Below are positions 55,216 through 64,000 of a stretch of DNA of 64,000 bases, piece after piece. A model generated the notes under the pieces. The model had not been told where the DNA came from and did no database searches. It saw nothing but the letters and a program-made list of their open reading frames with translations. Each line of letters starts with the position of its first letter. Within the stretch, counting starts at the first letter, position 1. Made by a program: the position numbers and the translations under genes. Source of the DNA: an uncultured bacterium (GTDB lineage Bacteria > Krumholzibacteriota > Krumholzibacteriia > LZORAL124-64-63); assembly GCA_963732385.1 (NCBI GenBank), contig CAVSZB010000007.1, positions 448,001 to 512,000 of the forward strand, given 5' to 3'.

Positions 55216-56634
55216 TCAGGCGCCGGCAGCGAGCGCGGTCAGCAGAGCCGCCTGCTCCGGTCCGAAGAGGCAACCGCGGCGGGCCGTGACGACCCGCGCC
55301 ACCTCGGCCGCCCGCTCACCGTCGAAGCGCGGCCCCCCGGGATCGCCCCAGGTGAAATTGGGCAGGTACTTCGGCGGAAAGCCGGCGCCGAAGACATTGC
55401 TCGCATACCCCACGACGGTGGCGGTGTTGAACAACGTACCGATGGCGCTCTTGGCGTGCTCGCCCATCATCAGACCCACGAACCGCAGCCCGGAGCCGAT
55501 CTCGCCGAGGCCATAGTCGACGCGCACCGGGCCGTAGTTGTTCTTCAGGTCGCTGCAGGTCGTGCCGGCGCCGAGATTGACCCAGCTCCCCAGCGCCGCG
55601 TGCCCAATAAATCCGTCGTGCTGCTTGTTGCCGAAATCCAGAAAGAGGCTCTCGCTGATTTCCCCGGCAACGCGGCAACCGACGCCGATGGAGGTTTCCC
55701 CGAAAATTCGGGCGCCGGACTTGATGATAGCGCCCGGCCCCACGTAGAGCGGTCCCTGCAGATAGACATGCGGCTGCACCGTCACCGCGCGGTCGAGCAC
55801 CACCGGTCCCGGGCCGGCGTCCACCACGACTCCAGGGGCGATCCGTGTCTCGGGCCCCGTCCAGACCGGCCCGCCGACGATGCTGACGCCGGGTCGCTCG
55901 CTGAGCGGGCCGAAAAAGCCTGCCGATTCCCAGGGGGCGCCTGCGGGCCAGGCCGCCGGGTCGGTAACGATGCCGAACGGGCGTCGGTGCAACGACAGAC
56001 CCCCGCCGCAGATCCGCGGCGCGTCCGCTGCGATCGCGGGGCCGAGCGCGGCCACGATGTCCCACAGATGGGCGAAGGCGGGGGGAATCCCGGCGGTCGC
56101 GGAGGCAAAGACCGGGCGCCACGCCGCCACCTTCGGGCCGGAGCGCGCGACCGCGGGAACGAAGCGGGGCGCCCGTTGCTGCCCCGCCGTCCAGATCCCG
56201 GCGCAGTCGGCGTCCGCATCCCAGACGCCCCAAGCGTCGAGAAAAGCGAGCGCCGGCTCCGGCGCCAGACGGCACGCCAGCAGGGAATCGCCCTCCCACC
56301 AGGCCCAGTCGGCGTCCGCACCGGCGGCAACCAGGGCCGCGAGCTGCGACCAATCAGGTCCGAGCCGGGCGTTCAGGTACAGGGCCCCCGCCGGCGCCAC
56401 CCGGAGGCGGCAGGCGTCGGGCCCGACCGCCACGCCATCCGCCACGGTGGCCTGCTGCAGCGGCAGGAGCAGCCGGCGCGGCAGCAGTCCTGGCGTTTCC
56501 CCCCCCGCCAGATACTGCACCCGCTCGCGCAGGGCGAGCATGCCGCAGCGGATTTCGTAAACCGGAAGACTCCAGCTCAGGGGCCGAAAGTCCTCGGCGG
56601 AATGGTCCTCGAACAGGACGACGATCGGCTCCAC
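55216..56634 (-). CDS. GlmU-like putative sugar nucleotidyl/acyltransferase
   Basis: LFED...F.PL....V.EIRCG..L.ER N-domain; hexapeptide repeats; NKQHDGFIGH..G.WVNLGAGT..SDLKNNY. Confidence 0.88.
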   Translation of the reverse strand: MEPIVVLFEDHSAEDFRPLSWSLPVYEIRCGMLALRERVQYLAGGETPGLLPRRLLLPLQQATVADGVAVGPDACRLRVAPAGALYLNARLGPDWSQLAALVAAGADADWAWWEGDSLLACRLAPEPALAFLDAWGVWDADADCAGIWTAGQQRAPRFVPAVARSGPKVAAWRPVFASATAGIPPAFAHLWDIVAALGPAIAADAPRICGGGLSLHRRPFGIVTDPAAWPAGAPWESAGFFGPLSERPGVSIVGGPVWTGPETRIAPGVVVDAGPGPVVLDRAVTVQPHVYLQGPLYVGPGAIIKSGARIFGETSIGVGCRVAGEISESLFLDFGNKQHDGFIGHAALGSWVNLGAGTTCSDLKNNYGPVRVDYGLGEIGSGLRFVGLMMGEHAKSAIGTLFNTATVVGYASNVFGAGFPPKYLPNFTWGDPGGPRFDGERAAEVARVVTARRGCLFGPEQAALLTALAAGA

Positions 56635-56753
56635 GCGGCGACCTCCCGGCGGCGTCATCAGCCCCGCGAATGCGGTGGGGCGGCACGCGCCAACCGGGGT
56701 ATGGTAGCGGCGCGCCGCGGCAGGCACCAGTCGAATTGCGGCGCGCAGGCGCG

Positions 56754-57053
56754 TCAGGCAGGCGCCGGCCGGCGCCGCGCCAAGTGTACGATGAGCCAGA
56801 TCAGCGCTGCCGGCAGCAGCAGAGGCGAAAACAGCGCGAGCAGCGCGGCGGGAATGATGACCAGCGCCACGACGAGCCCGAGTCCGCCCAGCAGCAGCCC
56901 GCCCAGGAGACCGCACACCCCCTTGAGCAGCCAGAGCCCGAGCGTGACGGGCAACAGCAGCAGGCGCAGCAGCAGGCCGATCAGGGAGAAGAAAAAACCG
57001 ACCAGGGCGAACACCCCTGCCAGCGCGACGGCGACGACAGCGATCTCCAGCAT
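56754..57053 (-). CDS. Small hydrophobic membrane protein
   Basis: Leu/Gly-rich TM ORF with GGAGGTGAGG RBS. Confidence 0.7.
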   Translation of the reverse strand: MLEIAVVAVALAGVFALVGFFFSLIGLLLRLLLLPVTLGLWLLKGVCGLLGGLLLGGLGLVVALVIIPAALLALFSPLLLPAALIWLIVHLARRRPAPA

Positions 57054-57244
57054 CCGACCTCACCTCCGGTTGGTCCTGACTGAGGCCGGCCGGTCGGGGT
57101 GCGGCGGCCAGCAGGGTCTCTACCCCGGGCCTGTGTCCGCTATTCAGCGTCGGATCGACGGGGCGGGGAAGCAAATGCGGCATCCGGCCGGAGCCTGAAG
57201 CCGCACGCATGACCAGAACCGGGCCAGGACGCACGGCGCCCAGG

Positions 57245-58231
57245 CTAACTCAGCAGCCGGACGCCCTCGAGCACGAGGGCGGCGATCAGTGCGGAGGCGG
57301 GAATCGTGAGGACCCAGACCCACACGATGCGCGTCGCCACACCCCAGCGCACGGCCGAAAATCGCTTCAGCGAGCCGACCCCCATGATCGCACCGGTAAT
57401 GGTGTGGGTCGTGGAAACCGGGATCCCGAGCGCCGCCGTGCCCAGGAGAGTGATCGCACCGGCCGATTCGGCCGCGAAGCCGTCCACCGGCCGCAGTTGC
57501 GTGATGCGCATGCCCATCGTGCGCACGATCCGCCAACCCCCCGACAGGGTGCCGAGACCGATCGCGGCGTGACAGGCGAGCACCACCCAGAACGGGATAC
57601 TGAATTCCTTCGACAATCCGGACGTATAGAGCACGCCGGCGATGATGCCCATCGTCTTCTGGGCGTCGTTGGTACCGTGGCCAAGGCTGTAGAGTGCCGC
57701 CGACACCAACTGCAGCCGGCGGAACAGCCGGTCCACGCGTTGCGGTGTCTGCCGTCGGCAGATCCAGTTGATCGCGATCATCAGCAGCAGGCCGATCAGC
57801 ATGCCGAGCAGGGGGGCGACGACGATGAACACCACGGTGCGCGTCCAGCCGCTCCAGATGATGGCGTCGAAACCGGCCCACGCCGCCGCGGCCCCGGCAT
57901 AGCCGCCGATCAGCGCGTGCGAACTGCTCGTTGGCATGCCGAAGTACCAGGTGATCAGATCCCAGACGATGGCGCCGACCAGACCGGCCAGGATGACCTG
58001 CGGCGTGACGGCTTCGATGTGGATCAGACCCTTGCCCATCATCTTGGCGATATGCAGCCCGAAGCCGAAAGCCGCCACGAAATTAAAGAAGGCGGCCCAG
58101 AGCACCGCCCGCCCCGGCGTGAGCACCCGGGTCGAGACGACCGTGGCGATGGAATTCGCGGCGTCGTGGAAGCCGTTGATAAAATCGAAAATCAGCGCGA
58201 GCGCGATGAGGAAGATGGCCAGCGCGAGCAT
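57245..58231 (-). CDS. pit: Inorganic phosphate transporter (PiT family)
   Basis: NGFHDAANSIAT, P.SSSHALIGG, HGTNDAQK.MG, PVSTTH. Confidence 0.96.
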   Translation of the reverse strand: MLALAIFLIALALIFDFINGFHDAANSIATVVSTRVLTPGRAVLWAAFFNFVAAFGFGLHIAKMMGKGLIHIEAVTPQVILAGLVGAIVWDLITWYFGMPTSSSHALIGGYAGAAAAWAGFDAIIWSGWTRTVVFIVVAPLLGMLIGLLLMIAINWICRRQTPQRVDRLFRRLQLVSAALYSLGHGTNDAQKTMGIIAGVLYTSGLSKEFSIPFWVVLACHAAIGLGTLSGGWRIVRTMGMRITQLRPVDGFAAESAGAITLLGTAALGIPVSTTHTITGAIMGVGSLKRFSAVRWGVATRIVWVWVLTIPASALIAALVLEGVRLLS

Positions 58232-58233
58232 GC

Positions 58234-58881
58234 TCAGCCCTGCTTGACCAGGATGTTCTCGATCAACACCGCCGCGTCCTCGCAACGGTCGGTGGCCGAC
58301 TCCAGCATCGCCAGCAGCTCGCGGGTCTTGATCAACTGGATGGCGTCAGTCTCCTCCTGGAAGAGATGCGCAAGCGCCCGGTGGAAGACACCGTCCGCCT
58401 GGTTCTCGTACGCATTGATGCGGACGCACGACTCTTTGATCTTGGCGGCATGGCGCAGGTCGTGCAGCAACGGCACGGCGCGCCGCAGCTCGCCCACGGC
58501 CTTATCGATGATCTCCGCCAGATCGCGCACCGGATCGCCGAATTCGGTGATGTTATAGAGCAGGATGCAGGTGGCGGCGCGGTCGATGTGGTCGAGGATG
58601 TCGTCGAGCGCGCTGGCGAGGCTGCCAATGTCCTCGCGATCGAGCGGCGTGATGAAGGTCAGGCTGAGTTCGCGGTATATCTGGTGGGTGAAATCATCGC
58701 CGCGATGCTCGTAATCCTCCACGCGCCGCGCGCAGGCGCGCCTCTCCTCGGCGCCGGGCGCCTCCAGCATCGCGCGCAGCACCCCGCACGCTTCGCCGAT
58801 ATTCTCCACATCCTGCACGAAAAGCGCGAGAAAACGATCCTCACGCGGCAGAAGCCTGCGTAACCAGCGGTCGATTATCAT
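58234..58881 (-). CDS. DUF47 phosphate transport regulator
   Basis: EHRGD, TFITPLDREDI..LA..LDD, ENQAD, TDRCED. Confidence 0.94.
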   Translation of the reverse strand: MIIDRWLRRLLPREDRFLALFVQDVENIGEACGVLRAMLEAPGAEERRACARRVEDYEHRGDDFTHQIYRELSLTFITPLDREDIGSLASALDDILDHIDRAATCILLYNITEFGDPVRDLAEIIDKAVGELRRAVPLLHDLRHAAKIKESCVRINAYENQADGVFHRALAHLFQEETDAIQLIKTRELLAMLESATDRCEDAAVLIENILVKQG

Positions 58882-59017
58882 GGCGCGCCTCCGGCGGGAT
58901 TGGCCTGATCGCTGGGAACCTAACGGGGCGCACCCCAACCGACAAGGACAATCATGTCCCGGATCGGGAGGCGCAAAAAACCGTCAATCGTGACGGACCC
59001 GTGTGGATGATGGAAGG

Positions 59018-59093
59018 TGGTGGAGCCAAGGGGGATCGAACCCCTGACCTCTTGGATGCCATCCAAGCGCTCTCCCAGCTGAGCTATGGCCCC
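59018..59093 (-). tRNA. tRNA-Ala(GGC)
   Basis: GGGGCCATAGCTCAGCTGGGAGAGCG...TGGCA...GGTTCGATCC...TCCACCA, 76 nt. Confidence 0.97.
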
Positions 59094-59115
59094 ACCTGTA
59101 TTTCATGCGGCCCAT

Positions 59116-59144
59116 AATATGAACCCGCTGGACCTGCCTGTCAA
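59116..59144 (-). promoter_or_regulatory. Sigma70 promoter of tRNA-Ala
   Basis: TTGACA-N17-CATATT. Confidence 0.55.
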
Positions 59145-59169
59145 ATGCCGCGCTCACGCCCGAGCCGAC

Positions 59170-59198
59170 TTGACGGGACCGCGGACGGTGGCTAAGAT
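59170..59198 (+). promoter_or_regulatory. Sigma70 promoter of tRNA-Leu
   Basis: TTGACG-N17-TAAGAT. Confidence 0.7.
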
Positions 59199-59212
59199 GC
59201 TGCCCCGTCGGT

Positions 59213-59299
59213 GCCGGCGTGGTGAAATTGGCAGACGCGCTGGACTCAAAATCCAGTGTCCTTCGGGACGTGTCGGTTCAAGTCCGACCGCCGGCACCA
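59213..59299 (+). tRNA. tRNA-Leu(CAA)
   Basis: GCCGGCG acceptor stem, CTGGA-CTCAAAA-TCCAG anticodon arm, long variable arm, GGTTCAAGTCC, CCA end. Confidence 0.97.
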
Positions 59300-59306
59300 G
59301 ATCCCC

Positions 59307-60941
59307 CTATTTTTCCTTCATGTGCGCCTGCCTGTAGTCGCGCGGTGGATCGAACGTCTCCTTGACCGTGCGGGGCGAGGTCCAACGCAACAGGTTCAGG
59401 TAGGATCCGGCCTTGTCGTTGGTGCCGGAAGCGCGGCTGCCGCCGAACGGCTGCTGCCCCACGACCGCCCCGGTCGGTTTGTCGTTGATATAGAAATTCC
59501 CGGCTGCCCCCACCAGTTCCCGCGAGGCGGTAAGGATCGCGGCGCGGTCGCGCGCGAAAACCGCGCCGGTCAACGCGTAGGCCGACGTCGCATCGCACAG
59601 CCGTAGCGTCGGTACGAAATCCTTTTCCGGATAGACATGGACGGTGAGCACGGGTCCGAAGATCTCCTCGCGCATAGTCAGAAAATGCGGATCACGCGCC
59701 TCGATCACGGTAGGCTCGATGAACCACCCCTTGCTGTCGTCGCAGCCACCGCCACACAGGATGCGCGCCTTGCCCCTCGCCTTGCGCGCCGTCTCCACAT
59801 AGCCCCGGATGGTCGTGAAGGCTCCCTGGTCGATCACCGCTCCCATGAAAGTGCGGAAATCGGCCACATCCCCGAGCCGGAGCGTCGCCACGTCGGCCAG
59901 GAGCCGGTCGCGCACTTCCGGCCAGAGGGAGTCGGGGATATAGGCGCGACTGGCGGCCGAGCACTTCTGGCCCTGATACTCGAACGCTCCGCTCAGCAGT
60001 GCCGTGGCGAGCGCCGCCGCATCGGCCGAGGCGTGCGCGAACACGAAATCCTTGCCCCCCGTCTCGCCGACGATGCGGGGATAGCCCTGATAGCCCTGAA
60101 TGTTGGCGCCGATCGTCCCCCACATCCGCTGGAAGACCGCGGTGCTGCCGGTAAAGTGGATGCCGGCCATATCCGGGCTCGCCAGCACGGGGTCGCCCAC
60201 CTCGCTGCCGGTGCCGGGCACCATGTTGATGACGCCGTCGGGCAGGCCGGCCTCGCGCAGGATCTCCATGATAAAATGTGCGCTGTAGACCGCACTCGAG
60301 GCCGGCTTCCAAACCACGGTATTGCCCATCAGGGCGGGCGCCGTGGGGAGATTGCCGGCGATCGAGGTAAAATTGAACGGCGTCACCGCGAAGACGAATC
60401 CGTCCAGCGGCCGCTGCTCGAGCAGGTTCCAGCACCCCGGCGCGGAGTCGGGCTGTTCCGCGAGGATCTGCCGCGCGAAATGGACATTGAAGCGGAAAAA
60501 GTCGATCAGTTCGCAGGCGGCATCGATCTCGGCCTGGTGAACAGTCTTGCTCTGGCCGAGCATGGTGGCCGCGTTCAGTGTGGCGCGCCAGCGCCCGGCG
60601 AGCAGGTCTGCCGCCTTGAGCAGGATCGCGGCGCGCGATTCCCAGGGCGTCGCAGCCCAGTCCCGGCGCGCCCGCAGCGCCGCCTTGATCGCGGCCTGCA
60701 CCTCTTTCGCCCCCGCCTTGTGGTAGCGGCCGAGCAGGTGGCGGTGGTCGTGCGGCATACGGCAGTCGCCAAGCCGGCCGGTCTGCACGGGGCGGCCGCC
60801 GATCCGGAGCGGGATCTCGACCTGCTCGCCGGCGAGCCGCCGCAGAGCGTCCTTCAATTCGCGTTTCTCGGGCGAGCCGGGCAGGTAATCTCCGATCGGC
60901 TCGTTGCGTGGGACTGGCGTTCTTACGATGGCACTGGACAT
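59307..60941 (-). CDS. pruA: L-glutamate gamma-semialdehyde (P5C) dehydrogenase
   Basis: QAEIDAACE, PFNFTSI.GNL, GETGGKDF, FEYQGQKCSA, GGSRASGTNDKAG. Confidence 0.96.
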   Translation of the reverse strand: MSSAIVRTPVPRNEPIGDYLPGSPEKRELKDALRRLAGEQVEIPLRIGGRPVQTGRLGDCRMPHDHRHLLGRYHKAGAKEVQAAIKAALRARRDWAATPWESRAAILLKAADLLAGRWRATLNAATMLGQSKTVHQAEIDAACELIDFFRFNVHFARQILAEQPDSAPGCWNLLEQRPLDGFVFAVTPFNFTSIAGNLPTAPALMGNTVVWKPASSAVYSAHFIMEILREAGLPDGVINMVPGTGSEVGDPVLASPDMAGIHFTGSTAVFQRMWGTIGANIQGYQGYPRIVGETGGKDFVFAHASADAAALATALLSGAFEYQGQKCSAASRAYIPDSLWPEVRDRLLADVATLRLGDVADFRTFMGAVIDQGAFTTIRGYVETARKARGKARILCGGGCDDSKGWFIEPTVIEARDPHFLTMREEIFGPVLTVHVYPEKDFVPTLRLCDATSAYALTGAVFARDRAAILTASRELVGAAGNFYINDKPTGAVVGQQPFGGSRASGTNDKAGSYLNLLRWTSPRTVKETFDPPRDYRQAHMKEK

Positions 60942-61131
60942 AATTTCTCCTTCGATCTCCGGGCGCGGCCACCTCCGGCCGCTCTTGCCCGCCGCGTCCA
61001 GAAGATGTCGCCTCCGGCGCCGCTTGGCAAAGAACGTGTCGCCGCGACGCCGGTCGCCAGACGACGCGCGCAGTGCTAGAATGACGGCCTCCCGCGCGGG
61101 CGGGACGCCACACTATAGGAAGGAACGCGCC

Positions 61132-62166
61132 ATGCAGCACGGTTCGCGGGCGAACCTGACCACGGTCGAGAGCCACATCCTCGAAATGCAGCGGCTGCAC
61201 CCGAGCGCCAGCGGCGATTTTACGAGCCTGCTCAACGACATCACCTTCGCCGCCAAGATCATCGCGCGGGAGGTCAGCCGCGCCGGACTCGCCGATATCC
61301 TGGGTGCGACGGGCGCGGAAAACGTCCAGGGCGAACTGGTTCAGAAGCTGGACGACTTCGCCGACCGCACGCTGATGCGCTTCGTCGGCCGGCGTGGGCA
61401 GGTGTGCGTGCTGGCCTCCGAGGAAAACGCGGAGCCGTTGTACGTCGAACCGGCGGAGGGCAGCGGACGCTACATCGTGCTGTTCGATCCGCTCGACGGC
61501 TCCAGCAACATCGATGCGAACGTCAGTGTGGGTACTATCTTCTCGATCTACCGCCGCACCTCGTCGCGCGGGCAGGTCGCGGTGCATGACGTGCTGCAGC
61601 CTGGCCGCAGCATCGTGGCGGCCGGCTACGTTATCTACGGTTCCTCCACGATGTTCGTCTACTCGACCGGCCACGGGGTGCACGGTTTCACGCTCGATCC
61701 AGGCATCGGCGAATTCCTGCTCAGCCACGAGAACATTCGGACTCCGTTCCGGGCCGGCTTCTATTCGACCAACGAGGGCCATGAACCCGATTGGTCAGCC
61801 GCGGTGCGGGAGGTGGTCCGACAGTTCAAGCATGGGCGGATCGCCGAGCCGGACACCCGGATGTCCGCTCGCTACATCGGCTCGCTGGTCGCCGATTTCC
61901 ATCGCAACCTGCTTTACGGCGGGGTTTTCCTCTACCCAGGGACATCCCGACATCCGGAGGGCAAACTGCGCCTGATGTACGAAGCCGCCCCCCTCGCCTT
62001 CATCGTGGAGCAGGCCGGAGGCTACGCCAGCAACGGCAGCGGGCCGATCCTGGAGCTGGCGCCCCGCGACCTTCACCAGCGCTGCCCGCTCTTCATCGGC
62101 AGCCGCGATACGGTATTGTGGATAGAGAAACAGCTGGAAAGTGGAGACGGCCCGCCGGAATCGTGA
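61132..62166 (+). CDS. fbp: Fructose-1,6-bisphosphatase class 1
   Basis: NVQGE.VQKLD, ASEE, FDPLDGSSNID, RYIGSLVADFHR, GKLRLMYE. Confidence 0.97.
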   Translation: MQHGSRANLTTVESHILEMQRLHPSASGDFTSLLNDITFAAKIIAREVSRAGLADILGATGAENVQGELVQKLDDFADRTLMRFVGRRGQVCVLASEENAEPLYVEPAEGSGRYIVLFDPLDGSSNIDANVSVGTIFSIYRRTSSRGQVAVHDVLQPGRSIVAAGYVIYGSSTMFVYSTGHGVHGFTLDPGIGEFLLSHENIRTPFRAGFYSTNEGHEPDWSAAVREVVRQFKHGRIAEPDTRMSARYIGSLVADFHRNLLYGGVFLYPGTSRHPEGKLRLMYEAAPLAFIVEQAGGYASNGSGPILELAPRDLHQRCPLFIGSRDTVLWIEKQLESGDGPPES

Positions 62167-62182
62167 GCGGGCCCCGCGTTGC

Positions 62183-62509
62183 TCAGCGGCCGCTGCTGTT
62201 ATGCTGAAGCCCCTTCTTCTCCACCACGAGTGCCAGCGCCATGTTCCGGCAGCGGGGACGATGCGGCTGACCGGCTGGCACGAGGATCGCCTCGCCCTGA
62301 CGGACCTCGATCTTCTCGTCACCGATCTCCATCAGGATCAGCCCCTCGAGGATGTAGATGAATTCGTCGGCCGTGTGCTGGTGGCTGATGTAGTCTCCGC
62401 TGTAGCGCACGATGAAGGCGTGATAATCGCCGTCGAGGTCGGCCACCTCGATCGGCCGGAAAACCTGCTCCATACCGCGGGCGAGTTTCAGGACGCGGTG
62501 CTTCGGCAA
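62183..62509 (-). CDS. Cupin domain protein
   Basis: H.H.ADEFIYILEG...GE..LVPAG.PH; TTG start after AAGGAG. Confidence 0.85.
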   Translation of the reverse strand: MPKHRVLKLARGMEQVFRPIEVADLDGDYHAFIVRYSGDYISHQHTADEFIYILEGLILMEIGDEKIEVRQGEAILVPAGQPHRPRCRNMALALVVEKKGLQHNSSGR

Positions 62510-62549
62510 GACGACTCCTTTCGCGGCGCGGGGCCGCTCACGACCGTTC

Positions 62550-63308
62550 TCAAGGCTGGCCGGCCAGACGCTCGCGGGCGAGCGCTGCCTCTTCGGCATC
62601 GGGATGGCGATCGATCAGACGCGTCAGGGTCTCTCGGGCCTGCGTATCCTGGCCGAGCGCGAACTGGCAGTAGCCGATTTTCAACTCCGCCGCCGGCGCG
62701 AGTTCGGTCGCGGGGAAGGTCGCCAGGAGCGACTGGAAGGCCGCCAGCGCTGCCGCGTGCCGACCGTCGGCATAGTCCAGCTCCGCCAGCCAGTAGCGAG
62801 CGTCATCAGCCAGCTCGGACTGGCCGTGCCGCTCCAGGAAATCGCGAAAACCCTGCCGCGCCAGCTCTGTTTCGCCGCGGCTGCGGTCCCGCAGCGCCGC
62901 CTGGAACGTTGCGCGCGCTTCCTCCGGCAATTCGCCCGCGGACGCCCGTCCGGGCGGTGCACCCAGGGACGAGACGCCGGCGCGGGTCGTCAGCAGGTCG
63001 ACCCGCGCCGAGAGATTGCGAGTGAAGGAGGCGTTGTCGTCCAGCTTCTGGATCAACTGGTCGATCTTCTGTGAGAGATGACCCAGCCTGGCGCTGCCAC
63101 GCGCGTCTGCGGTCACGCCGGCATCCTGGTCGAAGCGCAGCAGGGTGTCGATCGCTTCGACCTGCTGCCGCAGCAGTGCCTGCTCCCGCTGCAACCGCTC
63201 GATCTCCTGGCCATTGCGCAGGACAGCCTCTTCAATACGGTCGAACTGGGGCGCGCAACCGCACAGCGCCAACAGGCCGGCCCCCACGAATATCAGCGTG
63301 GCGCGCAT
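62550..63308 (-). CDS. cpoB: Tol-Pal TPR protein CpoB/YbgF
   Basis: Coiled coil, then A..A.YWLAE..Y, A.LK.G TPRs; follows pal. Confidence 0.9.
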   Translation of the reverse strand: MRATLIFVGAGLLALCGCAPQFDRIEEAVLRNGQEIERLQREQALLRQQVEAIDTLLRFDQDAGVTADARGSARLGHLSQKIDQLIQKLDDNASFTRNLSARVDLLTTRAGVSSLGAPPGRASAGELPEEARATFQAALRDRSRGETELARQGFRDFLERHGQSELADDARYWLAELDYADGRHAAALAAFQSLLATFPATELAPAAELKIGYCQFALGQDTQARETLTRLIDRHPDAEEAALARERLAGQP

Positions 63309-63340
63309 TCCGCCGCCTCCTCGAACGAACTGCCCAGCCG

Positions 63341-63880
63341 TTACGGCCGGGCGAAGTGGGCCCTCCGGTTCTGCGCCCAGGCCGATTCGTCACTCCCATC
63401 GGCGAACGGCCGCTCCTCGCCATAGGAGACCAGGCGCAGGCGTGCCGCGGAGACTCCGAGCGAAACCAGATAGTCCTGCACGACACGGGCGCGTTTCTCT
63501 CCGAGGGCGAGGTTATACTCGACGGTGCCGCGCTCGTCGCAGTGTCCCTCGACCAGATAGTTGACCGCGGCGTGCTCCTTCATGATCCGCGCGTTGTTCT
63601 CGAGCTTGGCCATGGCCTCTTCGCTGAGCGTGAAGGCGTCGTAGGGGAAGAAAACGTCCGCGATCCCGTACCCGCTCGGATCGAGGTTGGCATAGTCCAC
63701 GGTCGGGGTCGGCGCAGGTGCTGCGGGAGCCGGCGGGGCGGTCTCCGGAATGACCTGAACGGGCGCGGGCGCCGTGGTTTCTGTCACAACTTTGGGCTTC
63801 CTGCCGCAGCCGGCGACGAGAGTCAACAGCAGGGCGGCCAGAAGCATACCACTGATCGCAACCTTACGTGCTCCACGCAT
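63341..63880 (-). CDS. pal: Peptidoglycan-associated lipoprotein Pal
   Basis: Lipobox VAGC; VEGHCDERGTVEYNLALGEKRA, SYGEERP, NRRAHF. Confidence 0.96.
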   Translation of the reverse strand: MRGARKVAISGMLLAALLLTLVAGCGRKPKVVTETTAPAPVQVIPETAPPAPAAPAPTPTVDYANLDPSGYGIADVFFPYDAFTLSEEAMAKLENNARIMKEHAAVNYLVEGHCDERGTVEYNLALGEKRARVVQDYLVSLGVSAARLRLVSYGEERPFADGSDESAWAQNRRAHFARP

Positions 63881-63949
63881 GGGAACTCCTTTCGCGAGAC
63901 CCCGTAATGATTTCCTCCGGCGCGGCCCCAATGGCCGCCAGAGCGGAAC

Positions 63950-64000
63950 TCAGCGTGACCAGGCCGGCGTGATGTCCGGCTCGCTGCCGGACGTGAGTTG
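63950..64000 (-). CDS. tolB: C-terminus of probable TolB (partial)
   Basis: QLTSGSEPDITPAWSR*, a PD40-like end directly upstream of pal. Confidence 0.65.
   Translation of the reverse strand, partial: QLTSGSEPDITPAWSR

Noticed and set aside
54848..55273. Short ORFs across the BMC upstream gap
   Set aside because: No recognisable motifs or clear RBS; the region is better explained by RNA structure and promoters
52647..57198. Long plus-strand ORFs 52647-54932 and 55057-57198
   Set aside because: Antisense to the BMC and GlmU-like genes; low-complexity translations
56640..57234. N-terminal extension of the 672-aa GlmU-like ORF
   Set aside because: Overlaps the small membrane gene; a good RBS and family start lie at GTG 56634
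59018..59299. tRNAs as an island integration site
   Set aside because: No integrase and no duplicated tRNA 3' end seen; flanked by housekeeping genes
55216..62166. GlmU-like, pruA or fbp as BMC cargo
   Set aside because: Separate transcription units, standard lengths and no evident encapsulation peptides

Overview
High-GC, diderm bacterial DNA (Tol-Pal and flagellar L/P rings present; an FCB-related candidate lineage is plausible but is inference only). Bases 1-47.2 kb are one near-complete flagellar cluster: export gate, switch, stator, hook, rod and ring genes, two sigma54 activators with kinases, flgM, a GT2-TPR glycosyltransferase plus GNAT, three short flagellins, flaG-fliD-fliS-fliT and csrA-fliW. 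Its sigma54 and sigma28 promoters and CsrA hairpins can be read directly from the sequence. Next come a REC-PAS kinase, an IS1-like element with 23-bp inverted repeats, a PilZ gene, a 29-aa bS22-type ribosomal protein missed by the ORF track, and HU. After these are a bacterial microcompartment operon (3 BMC-P, BMC-T, BMC-H, acylating aldehyde dehydrogenase, no signature enzyme), a GlmU-like gene, pit/DUF47, tRNA-Ala and tRNA-Leu, pruA, fbp, a cupin and cpoB-pal-tolB. The most novel candidates are: an unannotated ~155-nt structured RNA with its own sigma54-like promoter and terminator just upstream of the BMC operon; the orphan BMC itself; tandem ~84-aa repeats in FliK; two near-identical flagellins differing only at Ser/Thr-changing sites beside a glycosyltransferase; and an atypical sensor-less kinase.
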